A stretch of 64,000 bases of DNA from contig OZ024756.1 of the NCBI GenBank assembly GCA_964016885.1, forward strand, positions 40,176,001 to 40,240,000, read 5' to 3'. Below the pieces are notes generated by a model. The model was not told where the DNA came from. It ran no database searches and saw only the letters and a program-made list of their open reading frames with translations. The translations under genes and the position numbers were made by a program. This document shows positions 30,350 to 42,921 of the stretch, one piece after another (positions within the stretch are counted from its first letter, which is position 1; every line of letters begins with the position of its first letter). Origin of the DNA: Eledone cirrhosa (taxonomy: Eukaryota).

Positions 30350-31030
30350 TCAGGGGAGGAACGTGTTGTCCTAGTATTGCCCAAAATAATAAAATACACT
30401 CACTGTTTGGTTTGGTTTTCGTTTCAGTATATTTTTATAAATAATTTAATTGCGAATCAATGTTTATCATTGATTGACAAACAGTTAAAAATATAAATAT
30501 AAATATAATTTCTCAAAGTTCTTTCATCACACATTTCTGTTATCTGTGACATCTTCAGTGTTTATCACTGTGTTTCCTTCTGTTATGTTTCTATAACGTT
30601 TTGGTTGTTTCTGTTCGCACATGTGTTTGTGTGCATCTATTCTATTTGGTGTATGTTCATGTGTTCGTGCCTGGTTCTGTGTGTGTTTATATTCTATCTT
30701 TGGTCACTAGTGTGTGTTTTTGCACGGTTGTTTCTATTCCACTCATGTTTTCTGTTCAGCCTAGGTTTTCTTGAATATATTTCTGTAGCTTCCCTAATGT
30801 GTCTAAGTGTTGAGTCATTCCTATATTTAGATATTATTTTAACTTCTATGTTGTCTACCTTACTATCATGCTTTAGTCTGGCATGTTCATATAGTACTGA
30901 ATTGTCTTTTTTTCCTTTCAGTTCACCCCAGTTTTCATCTATCATCTCTCCTATGCTACAGGCTGTCTCCCCTTATATATGTTGTCATGTTTCTGCAGGC
31001 TCCCTTTGTACATCTTATGCTATAGACTAT
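30350..31030 (-). mobile_element. Penelope-like element 3' fragment: GIY-YIG endonuclease plus pseudo-LTR with hammerhead-like core
   Basis: VYSIRC..C...YI(fs)GETACSI..ENW..NSVLYEHA..H..IEVKIISK..D.TLRHIREA..I...P.LNRKHEW. Downstream lies CTGAAGA-T-GTCACA..TGTGAT-GAAA (30510-30560, - strand). Flanked by TA-rich repeats. Confidence 0.8.
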
Positions 31031-32819
31031 TCGATAAGCTTCGTTCCACAATTATATATATATGTGTGTGTATGTGAGAGAGTCCTTGATTCAATTGGGG
31101 GTAATCAAAGTAAGTACGGTACTCAATACATTAGTAAAGTGTATATAACAAATTTAATTTAGGGCTTTCCTGATGATGTCGCATCAATGTGTCCATGTGG
31201 GAATAGTTACTGAATAAGGATGTTATACACATTTTTACAATTACATTAATGTATTTATGGTGAGTGTGAGCCTGTGAAACATATATATATATATATATAT
31301 ATACACCAGGAACACAAAGGAACCAAACTCCCACTGTCACTGCTTCCATGTGAGTGTTTGTCCATGAACCTCACTGTGTGTGTCTGTGAAACATATATAT
31401 ATATATATATATACACCAGGTTCAAACTCCCACTGCTTCAGTCTCACCCAATCTTCCTCTCTCACTATTATGAGCAACAGACAACCAAGGCGTATCATTT
31501 ATAATGGACTTCAACACTTTGACACAGGATTCTCAGGTGTGATGTCATCATCCCGACTTTGCTGCTATTTCTAGCAAGTTGTATTATCACTTAGATTACT
31601 TCGTTGGCTGGAGTAGTTCTCAATTGTATTCTAATACGTGACCTCAGATAGATACCGTTGTCTTACAAGGGGAATAACTTTGACCTATGGCGAAAATTGT
31701 GGTACAAGGGGAGTAACTTTGTCTTGTGGCGGGTAAGTAAAACGAATTAACTGGACAGTTTCTATGTGGTCGTTTATGTTGCTAGATATAGTTAGAAAAC
31801 GGAGGGACACATTATACGTATATATGTAACGGCGCATTACATACATGTATATAAGGAGCCGTAACTTCCGATGGAGTCATAGGGGCGTCGTCAAAACATT
31901 TTAGACATTTTAAACGTGGCAAAGTCCATCGCCTGTCCAGGTCTGAACACAGCCGCTTTCTAACAGAGAGAGAAGGGTGCTAGTGAGAAAGATATGTAGT
32001 GAAAGAATCAATCCCAGTACTGGATTGGTACATTTTTTTATCGTCCCTAGTAGGATGAGAAGCAAAGCTGACCTTAGTAGAATTTGCATTTAGTACGTAA
32101 GGGGCCCAACAAATGCCGCAAAGCCATTTCTCCCACACCTTAACGACTCTGCCCTCTACGAAAGATTAGCTAAAGATAGAATAAGAGTCAGAGCCGAGGT
32201 GATGGCTAGTGAAGATACCCTTCCTTATGTGATAGCTGGTGGACCTTAACATGAGATGTGTAGTGACCTTAACTTGACCTATGTAGTGTAGTGACCTTAA
32301 CGTGACCTTTGTACTTCCCTATCAACATCCTTATATTGACCTTTCAGCTCAGCATAGACATACAATTATTTCTTAACGAGTAATTAATCAGTTGTTGTTT
32401 TTTGTTGTTAGAAATATACGCTTGGATCGTTGTGGCTATTGAGTTGGTGGTGGTGTGGTGGTAATGTAGTAATGGTGATGGCAGTGAGGTGATGCTGGAG
32501 TGGGGTGGGGGAATTGTTGGTAATAGTTATGAAATGAGAAATATGTTTGAAATGGAAGTTGTAGAATTGAATCACCACGACCACCACTACCACCACTGCC
32601 GCTACCACCACCACCACTGCCGCTGCCACCACCATCATTTATAGTATCTGTTCTGGCTCTTTACATTCTGGGTTCAAATCCTGACCGAGTCAACTTTGAC
32701 TTTCATTCCTCCGGGGTTGATAAAATAAAGTACTAGTAAAGTACTGGGGTAGTTTTAAACAATTTTGTCTTTCACCCAAAATTTACTGACCTTATGTCTA
32801 AATTAGAAATCAACATCTA

Positions 32820-33056
32820 TTAACCCTTTAGTATTTACATTGCTCTATATTTACTGTTGTATTTTTGTGGTAAAGGCTTTATCTCACATAATATTGACTG
32901 TATGAGAGTTTGATATTATTTTCGAGAACACTACCTTAACATCAGTATAAGTAGCAAGTTATCGCTGGTTTAACGCTTTAGCATTTACATTACTCTATAT
33001 ATACTATTGTATTTTCATGTTAAAGGCTTTACCTCACATAATATTGAATCTATGAG
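32820..33056. mobile_element. Truncated/nested piggyBac-type MITE copies
   Basis: Two TTAA-CCC/GCTTTAG(T/C)ATTTACATT left ends plus family internal sequence. Confidence 0.7.
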
Positions 33057-33083
33057 TATACATACATATATATATATATATAT

Positions 33084-33470
33084 CGAGGGAGTGTAACTGT
33101 AGGTTCACCCGGCTGAGCACTCGATGTTTAGGTTCACTTCAGTGTCGAGGTGTAGAGCTAGACAGAGTGTATTATAAAATAACAAGGACAATTGGTTACT
33201 CCTTCATTACATTTATTGGTTGGTGATACGCATTTCGCCACTGATCAGCTCAAAGTTCGATCTGTATCGATCTATCCTGACTCTGTAATCCGCGGCTCGT
33301 CAGACCCCTTCATTTTTCCATTACCATTATAAGGCTCTGACGAGCCGCGGATTACTGTCGGTATAGATCGATACAGATTGAACCTTGAGCTGATCAGTGG
33401 CGAAACGCGCGGAACCAACCAATAAATGTAATGAGGGAGTAACCAATCATCCTTACTATGTTATTTCACT
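33084..33470. mobile_element. TA-embedded fold-back element: inverted pair of Penelope-type pseudo-LTRs with hammerhead cores
   Basis: Arms ~33177-33305 and ~33335-33466 are reverse complements. Each carries CTGACGA-GCCGC...GTGGC-GAAA followed by AATAAA. Confidence 0.7.
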
Positions 33471-34489
33471 ATATATATATATATATAGAGAAAGAGAGAG
33501 AGATCACTAAGAAGAAGCAGGCGACCAAGTAGTTTAATCAGTCAACATAACATGATTAAGTATTTTCACTTGACCTGATTCAGTATAATTGTCATATAAT
33601 CCTGCTTTAATTCCTTCTAAATAACAGCTCAATACTGCTTCACACAGATCTGATCGATAACTCTTATTATTGAACTACTGGACCTTTGTCATCAATAATG
33701 ACGACAGCAATACTGTTGTTTAACATTAACTACTGCTTCTGCTACTCGCTCTGGTCGATCCACAAGATCCCTCATTCATGTATCGAGTGGGGTGGACCTC
33801 GTCAAATCGGACCAAAGAAACAATGTTTCCATTGCTGATACTATCTACTGGTTGCATCTTCTAGCAGAAAGAGCAACGTGAAATAAAGGGTCTTGCTCAA
33901 GGATACAACACATCACTTGGTCCAAGAATTGAACTTGCAACTTCACAATTGCAAACCCTACTCTATAACCACTAAGCCACACGCCTTCACTCCTACTATT
34001 ACTATTGCTGCTGCTACAACTACTATAATGAAGGTGCTGTATGAGCACAATCGGTAGAGTGTAGAACAAAATGTTTTACAGCCGTATATATTCTGAGTTC
34101 AAATCCCACCGTGGTTAACTTTACCTTTCATCCTTCCGGAGTCAATAAAATGATGTACCAGCCATGTACTTTCTCTTCCCCTCAAATTGTTGGTGTAGTG
34201 GAGACTTCTGGTGACCTTGGCCCTAGGACCACCATCAACACTGAGTTGGTTACCCACATGTGTGAGCCTCACAAGCTGGAATGGCTGCTCTTCAACGTCT
34301 CCTTCACCATCCTCCAGAGAAACGCCTTCTCTATTTCAATAAGGCCTTCATCACACTGTACACTTAACCACTGGCTTGTAGTGTCTTTTAACAATGTCTA
34401 AGACTCTACTCTGCTTTAGTTGTCTATTTAAATATTTCTCGTTCCAACTTCCACATCCATTTCTATGTCACAGCTCTCTTCTTAACTAT

Positions 34490-34667
34490 TTTAACCCTTT
34501 AGCATTCACATTACTTTATATATACTATTGTATTTTTGTGGTAAGGCTTTATCTTACATAATTATCTCACATATCGAATCTATGAGATTTTGATGTTATT
34601 TATTTTGAAAACAAGTATGAGTGGCCAGTTTGAACAGAAAGAGGTGAGAGACTTCTGGCCGGTTTAA
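34490..34667. mobile_element. Partial piggyBac-type MITE
   Basis: Left TIR and internal family sequence; right end truncated. Confidence 0.7.
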
Positions 34668-35537
34668 ACACAATAATTGACAAGAAAGCTTCTTTCAATT
34701 CAACTTACACTTTTACAACAAATCACCCTTCTTCTAAATACACAAAATTAAAACTAGAATTAAATGATGAAACTGTCTTTCCAGATTATTTTTTTGTAAT
34801 TTTAATTCAAAGACACAAAATACATCAGTTACAAAACACAACTGTCAATTGTTCATAACATGAAAATAGTGACAAATGTCTGTATAAGTAGACTGGCTAA
34901 TAAAGTTAAATCAGTAAAGAAGATCACATATTTATATAACATTTAATAATAAATTATTACATGTCATTTGTTATCTACACATAACTTTCTGCCAGATAAA
35001 TGATAACATTAACACATGTAAATCTCCATTGAGTTCCATTACCGTTTTATAGAACATCTTGTAGGAAAACTACCAGCACATGTTTATCTGAGATAAAACA
35101 AAGATATTGTAGTATGAAAATATAGCTTTTGTTAATTTTCTGTCCTGTTAAGAATATTTTCATTGTCTCAGCTGTCTTACAGGAATTCCATTGTGGCTTC
35201 ATGAAGAAATAATTTGGACAATTTCTTCAAATTAAGATATTTTGATGCAAGTACATGATCCTTTCTTTTATGATTATTGAATCATTGACTATCAGAGAAA
35301 CCTTTACCACAGACATCACAATGATATTGTTTCTCTCCTGTGTGGACATATGTGGTTAATTAAATTACTATTGCTAAAGAATTACTTACCACAGACATCA
35401 CAATGATATTGTTTCTCTCCTGTGTGGACATATTTGTGACGATTTAAATTCTGATTCAGCATTATGGTCCCTCACCTGCATGGATACAAACATGTTGCTT
35501 TAAATTGCTACTCTATGAGAATGTTTTACAAAAGATA

Positions 35538-36983
35538 TCAGAATGATATCGTTTCTCTCCTGTGAACACATTTGTGTTTAGTTAATCCACTTTTGCAAGA
35601 GAATGTTTTGCCACAGATATCACAATGATATGGTTTCTGTGTGTGAATTCGTTTGTGAGTAGTAACTGAACTATTCTCAGAGAATGACTTACCACAGATA
35701 TCACAGTGGTATGGTTTCTCTCCTGTGTGAACTCGTTTGTGAGTAGTAACTGAACTATTCTCAGAGAATGACTTACCACAGATATCACAGTGGTATGGTT
35801 TCTCTCCTGTGTGAACGCGTTTGTGAGTAGTAACTGAACTATTCTCAGAGAATGATTTACCACAGATATCACAGTGGTATGGTTTCTCTCCTGTGTGAAC
35901 GCGTTTGTGAGTAGTAACTGAACTATTCTCAGAGAATGATTTACCACAAATATCACAGTGGTATGGTTTCTCTCCTGTGTGAACTCGTTTGTGACGATTT
36001 AAATTCTGATTGTCTGCATATGTTTTACCACAAATATCACAAACATATGGTCTCTCACCAGTGTGGATACGTACATGCTGAGTTAAATGACCTTTCTGTG
36101 AGAATGTTTTACCACAGATATCACAGTGGAATGGGTTCTCACCTGTGTGGACACGTATATGTTGAGTTAAATGACCATTCTGAGAGAATGTTTTACCACA
36201 GATATCGCAGTGGTATGGTTTCTCACCATTGTGCAAACGTAAATGTTGAACTAAAGATTTATTAGAAGAGAATGACTTATCACAGATATTACAGTGGTAC
36301 AGTTTCTCTCCTGTGTGAACACATTTGTGTTTCTTTAAATTAGAATCAGTGAATCTTTTACCACAGATATCACAGTTGTATAGTTTCTCGCCTGTGTGAA
36401 TACGTTTGTGTTTATTTAATGAACTTTTGTAAGGGAATGTTTTGCTACAGGTATCACAGTGGTATGGTTTCTCTCCTGTGTGAATACGTTTGTGTGTAGT
36501 TAATGCAAAATTTCGAGAGAATGACATACCACATATTTCGCAGTGGTGTGGTTTCTCTCCTGTGTGAATACGTCTGTGTGTAGTTGCTGAACCACAATCA
36601 GAGAATGACTGACCACAGATATCACAGTGGTATGGTTTTTTTCCTGTGTGAACACGTTTGTGGTTAGTTAAATTACTATTGCTAGAGAATGACTTACCAC
36701 AGATATCACAGTGGTATGGTTTCTCACCTGTGTGAATACGTCTGTGGACAGTTAATCCAGTATTGTCAGAGAATGATTGACCACAGATATCACAGGAGTA
36801 TGGTTTCTCTCCTGTGTGAACACGTTTGTGTCTCTTTACTAAACCACAATCATTGAATCTTTTACCACAGATATCACATTGGTATGGTTTCTCGCCCGTG
36901 TGAACACGATGGTGTATTTTTAATGAACTACTACGAGAGTATGTTTTACTACAGACGACACAGTGGTATGTGTTCTTATCCAT
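35538..36983 (-). CDS. Tandem C2H2 zinc-finger protein, 481 aa, 17 fingers, single coding exon
   Basis: Repeated CxxC-x12-H-x3-H with TGEKP linkers; a likely splice acceptor at 37283-37284 upstream. Typical of the expanded cephalopod C2H2 family. Confidence 0.92.
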   Translation of the reverse strand: MDKNTYHCVVCSKTYSRSSSLKIHHRVHTGEKPYQCDICGKRFNDCGLVKRHKRVHTGEKPYSCDICGQSFSDNTGLTVHRRIHTGEKPYHCDICGKSFSSNSNLTNHKRVHTGKKPYHCDICGQSFSDCGSATTHRRIHTGEKPHHCEICGMSFSRNFALTTHKRIHTGEKPYHCDTCSKTFPYKSSLNKHKRIHTGEKLYNCDICGKRFTDSNLKKHKCVHTGEKLYHCNICDKSFSSNKSLVQHLRLHNGEKPYHCDICGKTFSQNGHLTQHIRVHTGENPFHCDICGKTFSQKGHLTQHVRIHTGERPYVCDICGKTYADNQNLNRHKRVHTGEKPYHCDICGKSFSENSSVTTHKRVHTGEKPYHCDICGKSFSENSSVTTHKRVHTGEKPYHCDICGKSFSENSSVTTHKRVHTGEKPYHCDICGKSFSENSSVTTHKRIHTQKPYHCDICGKTFSCKSGLTKHKCVHRRETISF

Positions 36984-37459
36984 GTGAATGTAATTATGTT
37001 AAGTTGTTACTCTCAAAGAAGGTTTTACCACATTTATCACAGTGGTATTGTTTTCTCACCTGTGTGGTTATATATGTATATAGTTAATTAAGTATAACTA
37101 GAGAACGACATACCACAGATATCATAGGTAAAATCTTTCTTTAGACCTCAATTTAAAATTCACAATTTAATCAAGGTTATAGAGAAGTTTTTAAGATCTT
37201 GATAAAGTCACTCTTCTGGTTTCAAAATCTGACAAATTACTTGATATATCTTCAATCAACAATTGCAATCTCAACTGAAAACCTGTAATAAAAAAAAAAT
37301 ATATATATATACATACTAGGTAGAAAAGACAATGAACAGTTAAGATAAAAGTTATTACAGTGGAGATATCTTAGAGATATTGAATGAGAGATTAAGAAAA
37401 GAAGATCAGAAAGTATTTACAGAGGAAAGACAACATTATAGATATATATAGCGTAGTGA

Positions 37460-37650
37460 AGGCGCGTGGCTGAGTAGTAAGAGAATTGGATTCACAATCG
37501 TGAGGTTGTAAGTTTGATTCCTTGAGCAAGACACTTTATTTCACGTTGTTCCTTCTACCTGGAGTTGCGACCGATAGAAAGTAATAGCAATTGAAAAGAC
37601 CAACGGAAACATTATTTCCTCGGTCCGATTTGACGAAAGTCGATCGACTA
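37460..37650 (+). mobile_element. Second tRNA-derived SINE family ending in (TA)n
   Basis: tRNA-like head GGCGCGTGGCTGAGTAGTAAG..GTTTGATTCC and tail ..GGAAACATTATTTCCTCGGTCCGATTTGACG. Related copies at ~23730-23900 and ~33790-33985(-). Confidence 0.65.
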
Positions 37651-38764
37651 TATATATATATATATAGTGTAAATAGATGATGTGATGTGTGTTTTAGCTA
37701 GCTGAGTGGACTGGAGAAACATGAAGTAAAGTGTCTTGCTCAAGGACACAACATGCAACTGGAAATCAAACCGACGATTTTGCAATGAAGAGGGGAATAC
37801 CCTAACCACAATGCCACGTCTTCACATACACGAAATTATGTGTGTGTGTGTACTATATAAAATTAAAGATTACTGGTATTCAACGGTCTCCAGCCAGCAT
37901 CTAGCTCACTCAATGAATTTGCCAAACTGCAGTAATGGAGTTGCAATCAGCCGTTCAGAATGACACATTTAGTTTTAGCAGATGCGGTGGCAGCGTTTAG
38001 TTAGAGAGAAAAGTGAACTTCTCATCCCTTGGAAGAAACGTGCAACATATCTTTACAAATGCAAATATATATCCTCAATGTTCAGAAAATTACATATGTG
38101 TGGAGACATTTACATAATTGGGCTGTTACACTCATCAGCAAGGATGCCCATGTCACACGATAGTTCCATACAGTGTGTGTTAGCCATTGCCTATGATAAG
38201 GAATCCTGTAGTCCTAGCTAATTTTACACCCTGCCTCTAAAAGGGAAAAAAATTTATAGCAGACTGAAACAGGTGATTTGGCAGCTGAATTCAATCAAAG
38301 GAATTCGCCCCAAGTAAAGAACTCAACTAGCTATTTAGATATGAACATAAGATTCATGCAGATATGTATATTTACAAGCAAATAATAGCTTATAATAGAT
38401 TATTGATGCAAAGTCGAACATTCAATACTCAAAATTTAATATTGTGAAATATAAACAAGATATATCGAAAATTCTAACCTTATACAGGAGATTCTAATCA
38501 GTGCAGCTAGGAGTATAATATACTATATATATACGTATATAATATACTAAATATATGAAGACTCACTACAAACTAATTTCGTTGAAATGATACTTACATT
38601 AAGACAATATGTCTGATTATAGATTAAAGTTGAATGTAAACAACTGGTTATTAATATATACTCTAGGTTGTTGTTACAGTAGAGATGTTTACAGCAGAAG
38701 TACTAAAACATTATATTGAACATCAGATAAACTTACTGCGCCTTTCTCACTATTTAGGGAAATA

Positions 38765-39481
38765 TTAGGTTGTTCCGAAAATAATGACCGCTCTAAGTGT
38801 TGTTTTGAAACGCAATTTTATCATAGTATTTTAATTATATTTTAGGTGAATTTCGACATATTTAATAATTGATGTATGCTCTTTAATAATCTACTTATTT
38901 CAGACAGAAAACATTCTTGAAGCACAGGCGCACTTAATTATGAACATGACAAAAGAGGACCTTCGCTTACTTTTCTTGCATGAGTTCAAGCTTGGGCACA
39001 AAGCCCCCCAAACAGCTGCCAATATCAACAGAGCATGGGGAGAGGGGTCCACAAATGATCGCATAGTACAAAGGTGGTTTCAGAAATTCCGTAGTGGTGA
39101 TGAGAGCCTTGAAGATGAAGAAGGTAGAGGACGGTCATGTAGTCTTGACAATGAACAATTGAAAGCAACTGTTGAACAAAACCCACGTCAAAGTGTCAGA
39201 GAAATGTCTCAGGCACTTGGTGTCGCGCCATCTGCAGAAGATTGGTAAGGTGAAAAAGCTCGATAAATGGGTACCGCATGAGCTCAATGAAAATCCAAAA
39301 GTTCGGAGTTTTGAAGTGTGCTCGATGCTCTTTCTGCGAAACACCAATGTTCCTTTTCTTGACCGAATAGTCAATAGGCAGAGATGTTCACGGCTCATAC
39401 TTTCACTAATCAAAACATTTCTGTTAATTTTTCCAGAATAAATTGTTTCTGAAATCGGCCATTATTTTCGGAACAATCTAA
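38765..39481 (+). mobile_element. Internally deleted mariner (Tc1/mariner) transposon with both TIRs and TA target duplication
   Basis: TA|TTAGGTTGTTCCGAAAATAATGACCG ... CGGCCATTATTTTCGGAACAATCTAA|TA. The HTH ORF (38940-39248) frameshifts into the WVPHEL motif; the DDD catalytic domain is missing. Confidence 0.92.
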
Positions 39482-40269
39482 TAATTTCAAGAGGTGAATG
39501 TTATCTATGAATTAACACATACTGAATTATCTATTTAATTATTAGCCGTAGTTTCGTAAAACAATTCTACATGTAGTTATCTTCCCCTGAGTTGTCTAAT
39601 AAACCATGGCACGATATATGTTTAAATCATAGTTGTATGTAATTTGTTTAATAAATATATTTATGCAGCTGATAGGAAGAAACTCGTTGGTTTTACTCTT
39701 TGTTATTGTTTTAGTGATATATAATGTCACTGACAATTTACATTGTACCGATGACGGTGGTGTTGGGGTGATTGAGCAGACCTAATAAATTAGGGAAAGA
39801 ACTCGGATTTACTCACTAAATTACATTTGCCAGCTTCTGATAGTCTAGAATTTAGTGGTAGAGAGTATTACAGTAATGAAATTCCTGTTATTACTAATGG
39901 CTTAGTATTAGGGGAAACTAGTGAGGGTGTTTAGCTATTCCAGCACCATAGACACGCTATCATATGGCCTTACTTTACTACCAGGGGAAACTAGTGAGGG
40001 TGCTTAGCTATTCCAGTACCCTAGACATGCTACCACCCAGCCATACTTTAGTCTCACGTGAAGCCAGTAATGGTGTCGGCTATTCTATCATTCTGGCCTC
40101 ACTATTACTCAGCCATATAGATGTACATAAACTCCAACACCATGTCTGTGCTATCAGTTACAGATATTACCATATCTGCCTTACCTTACCTCAACTTCTT
40201 TCAACTAATAACACCAACATTCCCTCTTGTAATGTATAATTGTGTATGTCTTTCACCACCTCCGTCCAT

Positions 40270-40800
40270 GTCTTCCTTGGTCTCCCGCTACTATGAATTC
40301 CTTCCATTTCTTCACCCAGTGATCATCATTGATGGACATCACATGTCCATACCAATGCAGTCTTCTCTCTTGCACACCACTTTGGATTCCTCTTATACCC
40401 AGTTTCTCCCTCAGTTTATCTTTTTCTTGCCGTTACATTGTACATCCAATGAAGCTTGGTTGCGTAGTTGCTCTCCAGTCTATGCTTGTCCACAGCAGTC
40501 ACAGACCTTGTTTCACTACCATGCAGCATCGCACACAATCTTCCTTTTCTACATAGGGAGAAACCTTTTGTTGTCAACAGTGGAAGTATCTCTTTAAACT
40601 TCTTCCATCCTATCCCTACTCTTAAAGAGCTTGTCCCCGCTGCTAAATAAGTCACCTAGATAGCAGAAGCTATCAACCACTTCTATGGATCCTTCCTGTG
40701 ATTGGAAAAGGTTTATATCACTGATGCTCTTCACATCGATTACCCCTGAGCATCTACATACAATCCAACTTCATCTCTTGTGTACCCAAAATTGTGTACA
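40270..40800 (-). mobile_element. RTE LINE fragment
   Basis: RVGIGWKKFKEILPLLTTKGFSL..KGRL..MLHGSET; same family as 53270-54000. Confidence 0.85.
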
Positions 40801-40999
40801 TCTCATAGAGTTTATACTTATTCCTTTTGAAGATATGGAGCAAATCAGAAGAAAGAAGAGGGATCAAACAGTTCAAACCCAGTTACACACAGCAGCCATT
40901 GAGCATTGTCTTGACGAAACACAACCTCTTTCGTCAGTTTTATTGGGTCTTTTGAAGTAGATAGTCAATAAACTATTTGAGTTATAATCAGTCGACTGT

Positions 41000-41245
41000 C
41001 ATCCATCAACATGTGGTAAAAACAATCAATTTTTTTCTCAATGGTGACAGTAATAGGACATCCAGATCTTTGGTTTTAATCAAGACACCTTTCTTCTAAA
41101 TTCAGCTACCTACTTTTACACTGTTGATAAAGCTGGAGCATCATCTCCTAATGTAGCAACCACGTCAGCATAAATCATTTTGATAGAAAAACCCTTTGTC
41201 TGCAGATAATTAATAACACCACAACACCAAATTGTTTGTCCATTT
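41000..41245 (-). mobile_element. Degenerate mariner transposase N-terminal fragment
   Basis: MDK..GVINYLQTKGFSIKMIYADVVATLGDDAPALSTV*K..AEFRR, the HTH region, with stops and frameshifts. Confidence 0.7.
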
Positions 41246-41264
41246 TCAAGTCTTCTTTAAACAG

Positions 41265-41530
41265 TCATGACATGACTTAGGTACCCAAGGCTTCTATAGT
41301 CCCAAGTCATCCCCTCCATCACATGACTGAAGTACCAAAGGCTTTTATAGTCCCAAGTCATCCCCTCCATTACATGACTTAGGTACCAAAGGCTTCTATA
41401 GTCCCAAGTCATCCCCTCCATCATATGACTGAAGTACCAAAAGCTTCTATAGTCCCAAGTCATCCCCTCCATTACATGACTGAAGTACCCAAGGCCTCTA
41501 TAGTCCCAAGTCATCCCCTCCATCATATGA
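41265..41530. repeat. 51-bp minisatellite, about 5 copies
   Basis: Unit ACATGACTGAAGTACCAAAGGCTTCTATAGTCCCAAGTCATCCCCTCCATY. Confidence 0.9.
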
Positions 41531-41639
41531 CAGAGGATTTTCACCTATTGGACCAACACCACCCTTTCTTTCATCACGTAGCAAAGCTTCGAGATTTAGA
41601 TTTCAACACGCTTCAGATGTGAAGAGTTAGCTGGCAACA

Positions 41640-42060
41640 GATCTTGAACCACCCAACTAAATATCAACTCCAAAGTAGCCTTACCCCTATGTGCTAACAT
41701 CTCTCGGAAGGAGTGAGTGTCCCTGAACTGGTTATGCATAGGTGTTAGCCAATTTAATGCAGCCATTCACCTCTGGGGGCTGAGTTTATCAGCAGCTTGC
41801 CAGTGTGGTTCACCAAAGCAAACTGCTGAACACATACTGAGTGAATGCCCAGATCTCCACCCACCTGAGAGTGTGGACCTTACACACCTTAATCCCACTA
41901 CCGTGAGCTGGTTGTAGTCCCAGGGAGGATATCATGGGGTGAGTGCCCAGATCTTGATTCACCTGAGAGTGTGGACCTTACATACTTTAATCCCACTACC
42001 GTGAGCTGGTTGTAGTCCCAGATGTCACATGACTGCTGTTTCATATACAAGATGAAGAGT
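41640..42060 (+). mobile_element. 3' end of an Ingi/Vingi-like non-LTR element with a duplicated terminal segment
   Basis: LNWLCIGVSQF..IHLWGL..SAACQCGSPKQTAEHILSECP (CxC-x7-H-x4-C knuckle). Segment 41862-41921 repeats at 41960-42020. Confidence 0.65.
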
Positions 42061-42921
42061 TAACTCCCAGCTAGCGCCGGTGCTCATTTTCTGCTGAGTG
42101 TACTGGAGCAACAGGCAAAGAATCAACACCCTAACCACTAGGCCGCATGCCTCCACATATAAAGTAAATATTAAAGCAAATAAGTATAGATAAAGCCCCC
42201 CCCCCCCCCCTCTTCTCTCACATATAAAAATAAAATTTTGAGAATTTCAAATGTTTTTATTTTATTCAGCTCCCTTAGGTAACATCGTTTCAATGTGTCC
42301 TTCTTTAACTCTTAACACTCTGTTTCACATGAAGCCACATTAGCAAGACATACTTGAAAAATATAAAACAGCACTATGACTGAATCACATTAATAGTTGA
42401 AGTCTTTGGTTTACTGCAAATTTTCACAATGATCTATTCACTACTAAGGACACTATAAACATTTGAATTAACAAACCACATTAACAAGACATTCTTGGAA
42501 AGTATAAAACAGCACGACAACTGCTTCACATTATAAATTAAAGTCTTTACTTGAATACTGCAAATTTTCACAAAGATTTGTCTTGTAGTAATAAAGACAC
42601 TAAACATTTGAATTAACAAATACATTTGTAGATATGTTCTGTTAAATTATTGCAGGATGTTAACATGGTGTTGAAGTTTGCTTGAAACATTGTGTAGAGA
42701 GTAGAAAATAGTTTTATTAAAAGTCTACCACAATGCAAATTGGACATTAATTGTTAAAAATATAATAACAAAGATGTTGTGATGTTTACCTTGAAATTGT
42801 TTATAGGTCTTTATATTTCAGGATGAAATCCCTTCATCAAAAGATTGATAGAAGAAACTAGTTTGAAGATGTGTTTTTTGTTGTTCTGAAGCTGCCATTT
42901 AAAAAAATTAAAAATGGCAGC

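Noticed and set aside
38940-39441. Possible SETMAR-like domesticated gene
   Set aside because: Frameshifted, lacks the catalytic domain and any SET exon, and retains TIRs; a dead mariner.
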